64,000 nt of DNA, taken from positions 4,634 through 68,633 of the forward strand of contig JBDRON010000102.1 in the NCBI GenBank assembly GCA_043810025.1. The letters are read 5' to 3'. The notes under the pieces are model-generated. The model searched no databases. It saw only the letters and a program-made list of their open reading frames with translations, and was not told the origin of the DNA. The stretch's first letter is position 1. Each line of letters starts with the position of its first letter. Source of the stretch: Elusimicrobiota bacterium (lineage in GTDB: Bacteria; Elusimicrobiota; JBDRON01). Position numbers and translations under genes: made by a program. Of the stretch, positions 38,839 through 47,343 are shown piece after piece.

Positions 38839-40527
38839 ATGCCAGGTTTGAAGATTGATGAGAAAAGTAAAAATTGGGCTGAGGAAGTATTGGAATTTAC
38901 CGGGAAGTCCGAGATGTTCGGGTTGCTGGATATCCTGCCTTTTTATGTGATTTTAATCGATGCCAATCATCATATTTTGTTTGCTAACCAAAAAGTAAAA
39001 GAGAAACTGGGGTTTAATCAGGAAGAGCTTATTGGCCAATATTGCCCAAAGGTTGTCCATGGGGCGGAAGGACATTATCCCGGCTGTCCGTTGGAGGAAG
39101 CGATCAGGACGGGCCGCGCTCAGGAACGAGAGATTTATGATGAAAAATTGGATAGTTGGCTGAATTCGGCAATTTACCCCACTACCTATCGGACGCGGGA
39201 GGGAGTGGGCGTATATCTCCATTTTGTTCAGGAAATTACTGAACGGAAAAAAAGCGAAAAGGAGCGAGAGCAGTTTTTAGCCAAGGGTCAGGATTTATCA
39301 ACTGAGGCCAAGCGGCGGGCCGATGAATTGGATGCAATTTTTATTTCGTTAGTGGAACCGGTTATTACCTTTGATGCTCGGAGAGTGATCACAAATATTA
39401 ATGCGGCGGCGAAACAATTGTTGGGGTTTAATCCACTCTGGTTTAGACAAGACAACAGCATTGAAGATGTAGTCTCACTGTTTGAGAAAGACAAAAAAAC
39501 GCGGATAGACGGGACGATAGCTCAGCGCGCTTTGCGCGGCCAGAAAATTATTGATGAACAATTTATCTTTAAAAATCGGCAAGGAGAGGAAATAGTTGTG
39601 CTGGTTTCGGCCTCGCCGATTCGCAGTCAAAATAAAATACTGGGCGGGGTAGTAGTTTTACACGAGATCACCGAGATAGTAAAGATGGAAAATGCCTTAA
39701 AAAAAGCCCATGACGAACTGGAGCTGGAGGTAGCGGAACGCACCGCCCAGTTGGTGGAGGCAAATGAAAAATTAAAGACAGAAATAGCGGAGCACAAACA
39801 GGCGGAAGAAGGATTAATTAAAACTCAAAAGGAATTGAATGATGCCAAACGGCTTTCCGATATCGGGACTTTGGCGGCGATGGTGGCCCATGAATTGCGC
39901 AATCCTTTAACGGTGATTAAGTTGGCTATTTATAGTATCAAGAAAAAAAATTCTAATCAGGCGATTGAATCCCATCTGGCCAATATCGAAACTAAAATTT
40001 CAGATTCTGAGCAAATCATCAATAATTTGTTATTCTATTCTAAAATTCAAAAACCCCGGCGGGAAGATGTTTTGATTTATGATCTTCTGGAAGAATGCGT
40101 GAAGAATGTTAGAAATAAGTTTAGTGATCTAAAAGTTAAGATTCGAGAAAATTATAAAAAGATAAAAAAAATTACCATTAATTTTGACCCCTTGCAAATG
40201 AAAGAAGTTTTTAATAATATTTTAAACAACGCTTTCGAGTCTTTATCTAATGGAAGAGGGGAAGTCGAGGTTGCGGCGGACTACGATGAGAGCAGAGAGG
40301 AAATAAATATTATTTTTAAGGATAATGGCAGCGGGATTGATCCGGATGATTTAAAAAAAGTAGGCGAACCGTTTTTTTCCCGGAAATCCCGCGGCACCGG
40401 TTTAGGGCTGACAGTTTGTTTTCGGATTATCGGTCTGCACGGGGGAAAAATAGATGTAAAAAGCGATAAAGGAAAGGGAACCACCTTTAAGATCACCTTG
40501 CCGGTCAATAGTAAGGAGGAGGGATAA
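38839..40527 (+). CDS. PAS-domain sensor histidine kinase
   Basis: Two PAS-like regions; AHELRNPL; NILNNA; DNGSG; GTGLGL. Confidence 0.92.
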   Translation: MPGLKIDEKSKNWAEEVLEFTGKSEMFGLLDILPFYVILIDANHHILFANQKVKEKLGFNQEELIGQYCPKVVHGAEGHYPGCPLEEAIRTGRAQEREIYDEKLDSWLNSAIYPTTYRTREGVGVYLHFVQEITERKKSEKEREQFLAKGQDLSTEAKRRADELDAIFISLVEPVITFDARRVITNINAAAKQLLGFNPLWFRQDNSIEDVVSLFEKDKKTRIDGTIAQRALRGQKIIDEQFIFKNRQGEEIVVLVSASPIRSQNKILGGVVVLHEITEIVKMENALKKAHDELELEVAERTAQLVEANEKLKTEIAEHKQAEEGLIKTQKELNDAKRLSDIGTLAAMVAHELRNPLTVIKLAIYSIKKKNSNQAIESHLANIETKISDSEQIINNLLFYSKIQKPRREDVLIYDLLEECVKNVRNKFSDLKVKIRENYKKIKKITINFDPLQMKEVFNNILNNAFESLSNGRGEVEVAADYDESREEINIIFKDNGSGIDPDDLKKVGEPFFSRKSRGTGLGLTVCFRIIGLHGGKIDVKSDKGKGTTFKITLPVNSKEEG

Positions 40528-40549
40528 AAAAAAGTAACAAAAAATAATA

Positions 40550-40578
40550 TTGACCGGAGCGGGAAATTGTTCTATAAT
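40550..40578 (+). promoter_or_regulatory. Sigma70 promoter
   Basis: TTGACC 40550-55, 17 nt spacer, TATAAT 40573-78. Confidence 0.65.
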
Positions 40579-40616
40579 GTGCACTCATAGTCGCAATTGG
40601 AAAGTTGTCACCTCAT

Positions 40617-40672
40617 ATTCCCTCTCCCCTTGTGGGAGAGGGTAGGGTGAGGGGTATAAGGGAGAGGAAATG
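40617..40672. repeat. Family-B repeat, internally collapsed
   Basis: Left unit joined directly to aagggagaggaaatggc, the right end of the 20613 copy. Confidence 0.8.
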
Positions 40673-40716
40673 GCTGTCAAAAGTTCCTAAGATTGGTAAA
40701 TTTATTAAGGGGGTAG

Positions 40717-41268
40717 ATGAAGATGAAAAAATGTTGGCTATTGATTGGGGCGCTGTGTATTGGTGCGGGGTATGTTTGGGCTGAGGATGCAGGCAAACCT
40801 GTGGAACCGGCTTTGACCGGAACGGCACTAGAATCCGGTGTTGCGCCGGCTGATTTGAAGGTAACTTTAAAAATTGGAACAGGGATTGCCACTAAAGAAA
40901 TTGATGGGGAAAATACCGCATTCCCGGTTTCGGTGGGCAAGGTTTACTGTTGGTCCTTGATCGAAGGAGCGCAGGAACCGATAGAAATTAAACATCAATG
41001 GCTGCGGGAAGGTCAGTTGGTTAGTGAGGTTCCTTTAAATGTTAAGTATCCCCGCTTTAGAACTTGGAGTTATAAAACTTTAGCGCCGGAATTAGCGGGA
41101 AATTGGGAAGTGAAGATTGTTGATAGTCAGGAAAATGTTCTCGGGTCGTTGAGTTTTAAAGTTTTGCCGGAGACAGAAACTGCCCCGGAAGTTAAAATGG
41201 AAACCGGGCCGAAAACTGAATCGGGGAATCCCGCAGTAGAACCTGCGACAGAACCGAAAGCCGAATAA
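40717..41268 (+). CDS. Secreted DUF2914-family protein
   Basis: Signal peptide; VYCWS...IKHQW...FRTWSYK...GNWEVKIVD. Confidence 0.8.
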   Translation: MKMKKCWLLIGALCIGAGYVWAEDAGKPVEPALTGTALESGVAPADLKVTLKIGTGIATKEIDGENTAFPVSVGKVYCWSLIEGAQEPIEIKHQWLREGQLVSEVPLNVKYPRFRTWSYKTLAPELAGNWEVKIVDSQENVLGSLSFKVLPETETAPEVKMETGPKTESGNPAVEPATEPKAE

Positions 41269-41283
41269 TCTTTTGCCTCGATA

Positions 41284-41374
41284 TTCCCTCTCCCCTTGTG
41301 GGAGAGGGTAGGGTGAGGGGTGTTTTTTAAAAGGATACACCCTCACCTTAATCCTTTCCCAGCAAGGGAGAGGA
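41284..41374. repeat. Family-B palindromic doublet
   Basis: ttccctctccccttgtgggagagggtagggtgagggg...ccctcaccttaatcctttcccagcaagggagagg. Confidence 0.85.
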
Positions 41375-41431
41375 GCGCATTTAAGGTAGTTTCTCCCCCT
41401 TGATTGGGGGAGATTTCTTTTTGGAGGGATA

Positions 41432-41989
41432 ATGAAGATTTTAAGGGCTCCGGTACCCTATTTGTTTCCGGTGCCGGTGGTGTTGGTGAGCTGTCGAACC
41501 AAAGACGGGTTAGATAATATTATAACGATTGCTTGGGCTGGAAATATATGTTCCGAACCGCCGATGATCAGTATTTCTATTCGTCCCTCAAGATTTTCTT
41601 ATCGGATAATTAAAGCCAGCGGTGAATTTGCGGTCAATATTCCCAGTCGGGAAATGCTGGAGAAAGTAGATTGGTGCGGGACGCATTCGGGCAGAGATTT
41701 TGATAAATTTAAAGAAACAGGCTGGAAAAAATTAACGGCGCAAAAAATAGCTGTTTCTTTAATCGAGGAATGTCCCGTAAATTTGGAATGCCGGGTAAAA
41801 TCAAGTTATCTATTGGGTACGCATGAAATTTTTCTGGCGGAGATCTTGAATATTCAAATTGAAGAAAGTTGTCTGGATGAAGAAAATAGAATAATTGTGA
41901 AAAAAATAGAACCGATCAGTTATATCGGTCATCAATATTTTAGTATTCAGGATAAACTTGGTGATTATGGTTTCGTGTTAAAAAAATAA
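41432..41989 (+). CDS. Flavin reductase-like protein
   Basis: PVPVVLVSC, NIITIAW, ECPVNLEC, GTHEIFLAEI. Confidence 0.88.
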   Translation: MKILRAPVPYLFPVPVVLVSCRTKDGLDNIITIAWAGNICSEPPMISISIRPSRFSYRIIKASGEFAVNIPSREMLEKVDWCGTHSGRDFDKFKETGWKKLTAQKIAVSLIEECPVNLECRVKSSYLLGTHEIFLAEILNIQIEESCLDEENRIIVKKIEPISYIGHQYFSIQDKLGDYGFVLKK

Positions 41990-42015
41990 TTTATTTTTAG
42001 GAGGCGAAAAGAAAA

Positions 42016-42276
42016 ATGGCCGTAAAAATACGATTAAAGAGAGTAGGATCGCCGCATCAGGCTCATTACCGGGTCGTGGCGATTGAGTCACAGCGGGCGC
42101 GAGACGGAAAAGAGGTGGAGTTGTTAGGGCATTATCATCCCCGTGTTAATCCGCCAGAGGTTGATTTAAACATGGAAAGGGTCAAATATTGGCTTTCTTG
42201 CGGAGCGCAGCCTTCACCGACAGTTGCCAGGTTGATCCGAAAGATAGAAAAAACCGTTAATTCGGCAAAAGTTTAA
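42016..42276 (+). CDS. rpsP: 30S ribosomal protein S16
   Basis: MAVKIRLKRVG...YWLSCGAQPS. Confidence 0.97.
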   Translation: MAVKIRLKRVGSPHQAHYRVVAIESQRARDGKEVELLGHYHPRVNPPEVDLNMERVKYWLSCGAQPSPTVARLIRKIEKTVNSAKV

Positions 42277-42283
42277 TCACTGC

Positions 42284-42354
42284 TTGTTTTGTGTGTGTTC
42301 CCCCTTGAAAAAAATGTTGCAGACATGTAAAATTCCGAGCGTAGTTCGGACTAA
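42284..42354. repeat. Collapsed family-A element (flanks only)
   Basis: 23 bp identical to 49931-49953, fused to a 48-bp segment 39/48 identical to 50031-50078. Confidence 0.75.
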
Positions 42355-42367
42355 CTAGCGAAGTAAG

Positions 42368-42904
42368 ATGAAAAATTTGGTTTTAGCGGGTAGGATTCTT
42401 CGTCCGCATGGACTCCGGGGGGAGTTGGTGGTTCAGCCTCTCTTGTTCGGTTCTTTGGATTTTAATAATGTAGGGGCATTTCATGAATTGCCCGTACCTG
42501 TTTATTTGTTGGATAAACCGCACAGTGATTCAACGAAGTTGGCAGAGATTATTGGGTTTCGCCTTCATCAGAACAATTATTTGATAAAATTGGCCGGTTT
42601 TGACTCTTTAGAAAAAGTTGAAAGTTTGCGAAACTGGTATCTGGGAGTGGAGGCGGTAGACCTGCCAGCGGACAAGTTTTATGTGCAGGATCTGCTGGGA
42701 ATAAAGGTTTATGGCGAGGATAAGAGATATTTAGGTGAAGTAGTTGAAGTTTTCGCTACCGGGGCCAACGACATTTGGGTAATTCGGGATGGGAAAAAGG
42801 AATTGCTTTTTCCAGCTTTGAAAAAGCTAGTCAAGAAAATAGATTTGGAAGGTAAAACGTTGGAAATAAAATTAGCGCCCGGACTTGAAGAAATAAATGA
42901 ATAA
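42368..42904 (+). CDS. rimM: 16S rRNA processing protein RimM (with in-frame REP insertion)
   Basis: GRILRPHGLRGEL, FYVQDLLG, TGANDIWV, LLFPAL; position in the rpsP-trmD cluster. Confidence 0.92.
   Translation: MKNLVLAGRILRPHGLRGELVVQPLLFGSLDFNNVGAFHELPVPVYLLDKPHSDSTKLAEIIGFRLHQNNYLIKLAGFDSLEKVESLRNWYLGVEAVDLPADKFYVQDLLGIKVYGEDKRYLGEVVEVFATGANDIWVIRDGKKELLFPALKKLVKKIDLEGKTLEIKLAPGLEEINE
42470..42497. repeat. 28-bp GTAG palindrome inside the rimM CDS
   Basis: gtaggggcatttcatgaattgcccgtac, 26/28 identical to the intergenic copy at 18860-18887. Confidence 0.85.
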
Positions 42905-42907
42905 ACA

Positions 42908-43687
42908 ATGAAGATAGATCTGGTTACGATTTTTCCGGAAATGTTTGGCGCGGCGCTGGAGGCCAGTCTCTTAGGCAAGGCCCAAAAGAACGGGATCGCG
43001 CAGATTTCTATCCATAATTTGCGAAAATGGACGAAAGACAAACATCGGATTGTTGATGATCGTCCTTATGGCGGCGGAGCGGGGATGTTGCTGAAGGCCG
43101 AACCGATCTGGTTGGCTTTAAAGGAGTTGAAAAAAAGGGCCGCTAAATCTAGCCGGGTAATTCTGTTGACTCCGCAAGGCAAGATATTCGATCAGAAAAA
43201 AGCTGCTGAGCTTAGCCGGAAGAAACATTTGATTTTTGTTTGCGGCCATTATGAAGGTTTTGACGAACGGATAACCAAGTTTGTTGATGAAGAAATAAGC
43301 ATCGGTGATTTTGTCCTCACTGGCGGGGAACTGGCAGCTTTAGTGGTTATTGAGGCGGTGGTAAGGCTTCTGCCGGGTGTTGTGGGTAATAAAAGCTCTT
43401 TAAAAGAAGATTCTTTCGCTAAAAAATTTTTGGATTGGCCCCATTATACACGGCCGGCGAATTTTAGAGGTAGAGAAGTCCCGGATATTTTGTTGTCCGG
43501 CGACCATCAAAAGATTAACCTTTGGAGAAAAAAAGAAGCTATCCGGGCGACGATAAAAAAAAGGCCGGAATTAATCGCGAAAATTAAATTGAGTCCGATA
43601 GAAAAAAAAATGCTTAAAGAAGTAATAAAAGAAGAAAATTTTGAAGAAAAGGAGCAAGATCATGGAAACAGCAAGTTCACTGGATAA
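42908..43687 (+). CDS. trmD: tRNA (guanine-N1)-methyltransferase
   Basis: [38 protein letters not shown]. Confidence 0.97.
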   Translation: MKIDLVTIFPEMFGAALEASLLGKAQKNGIAQISIHNLRKWTKDKHRIVDDRPYGGGAGMLLKAEPIWLALKELKKRAAKSSRVILLTPQGKIFDQKKAAELSRKKHLIFVCGHYEGFDERITKFVDEEISIGDFVLTGGELAALVVIEAVVRLLPGVVGNKSSLKEDSFAKKFLDWPHYTRPANFRGREVPDILLSGDHQKINLWRKKEAIRATIKKRPELIAKIKLSPIEKKMLKEVIKEENFEEKEQDHGNSKFTG

Positions 43688-44099
43688 AACGATACTAACC
43701 AAAAAAAAAGAATACCCTCCCTTCCGGATCGGGGATTTGGTTCGGGTAAATGTCCGGATTGTTGAAGGCGACACCCATCGGATCCAGCCTTTTGAAGGTG
43801 TGGTAATCCGTCACCACAGGCAGGGGAAAACGGGAACTTTTACCGTTCGCCGGGTTTCTTTCGGTGTCGGAATTGAGAGAATATTCCCTTTACTTTCCCC
43901 GGTAATTGAAAAAATCGAAGTGGTTCGCTCCAGCCGGGTACGCCGTTCCAAACTTTACTATTTGCGCGCTCTTTCCGGTAAAGCGGCCAGACTGCAAGAA
44001 AACAAACCTTTGGAGAATATCGGCACAGTTGTCACGGCAACCGATAGCGTTGGCAGTAGAGTTACCGCAACAGGGAGCGATACTAGTAAGAAAAATTAG
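43662..44099 (+). CDS. rplS: 50S ribosomal protein L19
   Basis: FRIGDLVRV...[10 protein letters not shown]...GIERIFP...RRSKLYYLR; SD aaggag. Confidence 0.96.
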   Translation: METASSLDKTILTKKKEYPPFRIGDLVRVNVRIVEGDTHRIQPFEGVVIRHHRQGKTGTFTVRRVSFGVGIERIFPLLSPVIEKIEVVRSSRVRRSKLYYLRALSGKAARLQENKPLENIGTVVTATDSVGSRVTATGSDTSKKN

Positions 44100-44120
44100 G
44101 TCCCATCTTTGACAAAAATT

Positions 44121-44208
44121 GAGTTTCCCCCTTTGATAAAGGGGGATTAAGGGGGTTAGGTTCTATCTTTAAAAACTCCCCTACCCCCTCTTTATTAAAG
44201 AGGGGAAT
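44121..44208. repeat. Family-A palindromic doublet
   Basis: Matches 15236-15328. Confidence 0.85.
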
Positions 44209-44216
44209 AAATAAGG

Positions 44217-44845
44217 ATGGCTATACGAAAAGATCCGCTTATTTTGCTTTCGATAATAATTATCGTAAGCAGGGATATAGTTTAATCGCTGGTGTCGACG
44301 AAGCCGGCCGGGGTTGTTGGGCCGGACCGGTAGTTGCGGCCGCTTTAATTTTTCCCGCCGATTTTTATATTGCCGATTTAAGAGATTCGAAGCTGCTTTC
44401 CCCGAAAAAAAGAGAAAAAATTTTCGATTTAATGCTCAAAACGCCGATATCTTGGGGTGTGGGTATAGTGGGAAGAGAAGAAATCGATCGAATCAACATT
44501 CATCAAGCTTCTCTCAAAGCGATGTTTGAAGCTCTTCAACAGTTGTCTTCCAGTCCTCAATTAGTCTTAGTTGACGGTTGTTTTCCCATTCCGAAAGTAT
44601 CTTTTCCTCAAGAGATCTTAATTAAAGGTGACCAACGCAGCGCGTCCATCGCTGGGGCCTCGGTTCTGGCCAAGGTGATCCGTGACCGTTTGATGAGAAA
44701 ACTAGATAAAGTTTATCCCGAATATAATTTCGCCATCCATAAAGGATACGGTACCAGACTCCATCAACAAGCGTTAGAAAAGCACGGTCCCTGTCCTCTG
44801 CACCGGCGGAGTTTTGCCCCGATAAAGGGCTTTTATGCAGCATGA
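44217..44845 (+). CDS. rnhB: Ribonuclease HII (start codon out of frame)
   Basis: IAGVDEAGRG, LRDSK, LVDG, KGD...SIAGASVLAKV.RD, HKGYGT..H; the only nearby ATG (44217) is in a different frame. Confidence 0.85.
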
Positions 44846-44935
44846 GTCATGTGCCATGAGTCATGAGTTGTGAGCTTAAAGGAATCGATTCTTTTAAACT
44901 CAAGACTCAAGACCCAAGACCCATGACCCACAAGA
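44843..44935. repeat. Inverted heptamer arrays around a 22-bp dyad core
   Basis: (catgagt)n ttaaaggaatcgattcttttaa (actcaag/acccaag)n. Confidence 0.82.
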
Positions 44936-44957
44936 CAGTGTAATAAAGGATTGAATA

Positions 44958-45320
44958 GTGGACAGGAAACAGCTGGGTAATTACGGCGAAGATTTAGCCG
45001 CCGCGCATTTAAAGAGATTAGGCTACCGGATCCTGGAACAGAATTGGCGTTGCCGGTTAGGGGAACTCGATATCGTTGCCGAGGAAAACAAAACGATTGT
45101 TTTTGTCGAGGTTAAAATGAGGACCAGCCTGGAATTTGGGCGGCCGGAATCGGCTGTATCCAATTTTAAGCAAAAACGGCTTGTTAAAATCGCGGTTAGC
45201 TATATTCAGCAGAAAAAACTTTTTAACCGGGATCTCCGGTTCGATGTTTTAGCCATCGGTCCCGACTCTTGGCAGATCATCAAAAATGCCTTCAGCGCGG
45301 AGAGATGGTTTATGCTGTAA
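44958..45320 (+). CDS. yraN: YraN/UPF0102 family protein
   Basis: GNYGEDLAA, GELDIVA, VFVEVK, RFDV; adjacent to rnhB. Confidence 0.9.
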   Translation: MDRKQLGNYGEDLAAAHLKRLGYRILEQNWRCRLGELDIVAEENKTIVFVEVKMRTSLEFGRPESAVSNFKQKRLVKIAVSYIQQKKLFNRDLRFDVLAIGPDSWQIIKNAFSAERWFML

Positions 45321-45333
45321 GGAGGAGTAAAAA

Positions 45334-46725
45334 GTGGTCTTTTTTAAAAAAAATGAATTGGAAATAGGGATGCAGTTTTTGGAGGAAGGAAATTTTTCTT
45401 CGGCTATCGATTGTTTTAAGAAATTTTTAGAAGAACATTCTAAACATCCCCAGGCTCAATGCTGTTTGGCGGAGGCTTATTTTCAAAATGCCCAAATTGA
45501 TTTAGCTAAACAGGTTTTAATCGACCTGATTAAACTAAGCCCGTCAGCGGAAATAATTTCAAAAATTTTGGAGATTACCAACTGGAAAAAACTGGTTAGC
45601 GACAATTTTTTTAATTCTTATTTTGCTTTTAGCCCCGATGGCCGCAAACTAGTGTTTGTTTCGGTCCGGCGGGACAGTAACGGTGACGGGAAATTGAATA
45701 TTTTCGACCGTGGTGGTATCTATTTATTGGATTTAGCAACTGGTGAGGAAAAGCTGCTGGTAACTGATGACTACTATAACACTTTTCCCAGATTTTCTCC
45801 GGATAATAAGAAAATTGTTTTTGTCAGCGCCCGGCGGGACAGTAACGGTGACAATATTATCGATTTCCAGGATAACGGGAGTATTTATTTGCTGGATTTA
45901 GAGACCGGCCGGGAAACCATGGTCTTAGGCGACGAGTATCGTCCAAAGTTTCCGAGTATTTTTCCCGACAACAAAAATCTGGTTTGCTGCGGCTGGGATA
46001 AAAGCCGGCAGAAGAGCGGTATTTTTATGGTCGGCATTGATGATGGCAAAATAAAAAAAATCACCCCAGACCAATTTGAAAGCAGTTTTCCGGTTATTTC
46101 ACCTGATGGCAAAAAAATTACCTATACTTCCTGGAGAGAAGACACCAATGAGGACGGCATAATTAATATCCGGGATAACTCCGGCATTTATCTGTTTGAT
46201 TTAACCACAGGGAGAGAAAGGGAAATAGTTGATTGTCAATACGACAACAGCTACCCGCAATGGTTACCGAGCGGGGAAGGGTTCGTTTACCTTTCACGCC
46301 GACGGGATACAAATAACGATGAGGAGATAAACTCCCTGGATAATAGCGGGATATATTTATTTGATTTAAAAAGGAAAAAAGAACGGATGTTAATCAATGA
46401 TGATTATTACAATAAGTTCCCCTCTTTTGTCGGTAACGGCCGGTTACTGCTTTATATTGGCAGTTGTCGTCAGGCCAAAAGAACGACTGAAAGGGATTAT
46501 TTTGAGAATAAGGGACTTTATTGTTTTGATTTGAACAACAAAGAAGAAAAGCAGTTGGTCAGCAGCAAATATTATGGCTGCCGGTTTCCGGTTGGCTCAC
46601 CTGTCGAGAATAAAGCCGCTTATCTGAGTTGGCGTAAGGGTTCGAACCGGGGGATTTATTTAGCCAACCTCGATCGGCTCCCGACCAAAGAAGAGTTAAT
46701 GGCCATCGTTGCAGAAAATCTTTGA
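45334..46725 (+). CDS. TPR plus TolB-like (PD40) beta-propeller with DxNxDG Ca-loop repeats
   Basis: FSPDGRKLVFVS repeats; four RxD(S/T)NxDxxIxxxD loops. Confidence 0.75.
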   Translation: MVFFKKNELEIGMQFLEEGNFSSAIDCFKKFLEEHSKHPQAQCCLAEAYFQNAQIDLAKQVLIDLIKLSPSAEIISKILEITNWKKLVSDNFFNSYFAFSPDGRKLVFVSVRRDSNGDGKLNIFDRGGIYLLDLATGEEKLLVTDDYYNTFPRFSPDNKKIVFVSARRDSNGDNIIDFQDNGSIYLLDLETGRETMVLGDEYRPKFPSIFPDNKNLVCCGWDKSRQKSGIFMVGIDDGKIKKITPDQFESSFPVISPDGKKITYTSWREDTNEDGIINIRDNSGIYLFDLTTGREREIVDCQYDNSYPQWLPSGEGFVYLSRRRDTNNDEEINSLDNSGIYLFDLKRKKERMLINDDYYNKFPSFVGNGRLLLYIGSCRQAKRTTERDYFENKGLYCFDLNNKEEKQLVSSKYYGCRFPVGSPVENKAAYLSWRKGSNRGIYLANLDRLPTKEELMAIVAENL

Positions 46726-47199
46726 GATTTTGTTCCCGCGCCACTGCTTGAGTATTTGACGGTAGGAAATAATCAGCGCAAGTATCGTCAACCCCAACGG
46801 GAATAAAAAATTATTGTAGATCCCGCCCAGGTTTAGCCAGCCGGCGCGTAATTCGGTAGATCCGTAATAAGCAGCCAAGCCGAACCAAAAAAAATGGGCG
46901 ATCTGGTCCAACAGCATTACGGCATCGCTATCTTTTCCCTCGGTCAGCCAACTGTGTTTAAAATGGTCAAAGGGGAAATGAATGGCCGAGAGAAAAATTA
47001 TATACCACCACATTAATCCTTGATTCAGAAAAGGAAAGAAAAAAATAATTCCCAGAACTCCAAAAATAAAACAATGAGCAATAATCCCCCAACTGGATCG
47101 TTTTTCCCAATTCCAAAGGGCGGGCGGCTGGAAAACGAATTCGGCTAGAAGATGAATAAAGCTCAAACCAAAAAACAAAAATAGGCCAAAGGGGTTCAT
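46696..47199 (-). CDS. DUF3307-family membrane protein
   Basis: HLLAEFVFQ...K...HC...HFPFDHFK...DQIAH. Confidence 0.8.
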   Translation of the reverse strand: MNPFGLFLFFGLSFIHLLAEFVFQPPALWNWEKRSSWGIIAHCFIFGVLGIIFFFPFLNQGLMWWYIIFLSAIHFPFDHFKHSWLTEGKDSDAVMLLDQIAHFFWFGLAAYYGSTELRAGWLNLGGIYNNFLFPLGLTILALIISYRQILKQWRGNKISKIFCNDGH

Positions 47200-47261
47200 T
47201 ATTTCTCCTAATGGCAATATAGCAAAATTAAGTTTATTAATCAAGGGTATTTGTTTTGCAA

Positions 47262-47290
47262 TTGCATTTAGCGGGAATATTTGATAAAAT
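47262..47290 (+). promoter_or_regulatory. Probable his operon promoter
   Basis: TTGCAT 47262-67, 17 nt spacer, TGa-TAAAAT 47285-90. Confidence 0.55.
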
Positions 47291-47309
47291 TTGACTCATT
47301 CTCGTAGTT

Positions 47310-47337
47310 GTAGGGAACGCATATATGCGTTCCCTAC
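47310..47337. repeat. 28-bp perfect GTAG palindrome
   Basis: gtagggaacgcatatatgcgttccctac. Confidence 0.88.
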
Positions 47338-47343
47338 TAAGAT

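Noticed and set aside
42277-42367. Missing khpA between rpsP and rimM
   Set aside because: Many lineages lack it; the spacer holds only repeat remnants and no pseudogene trace
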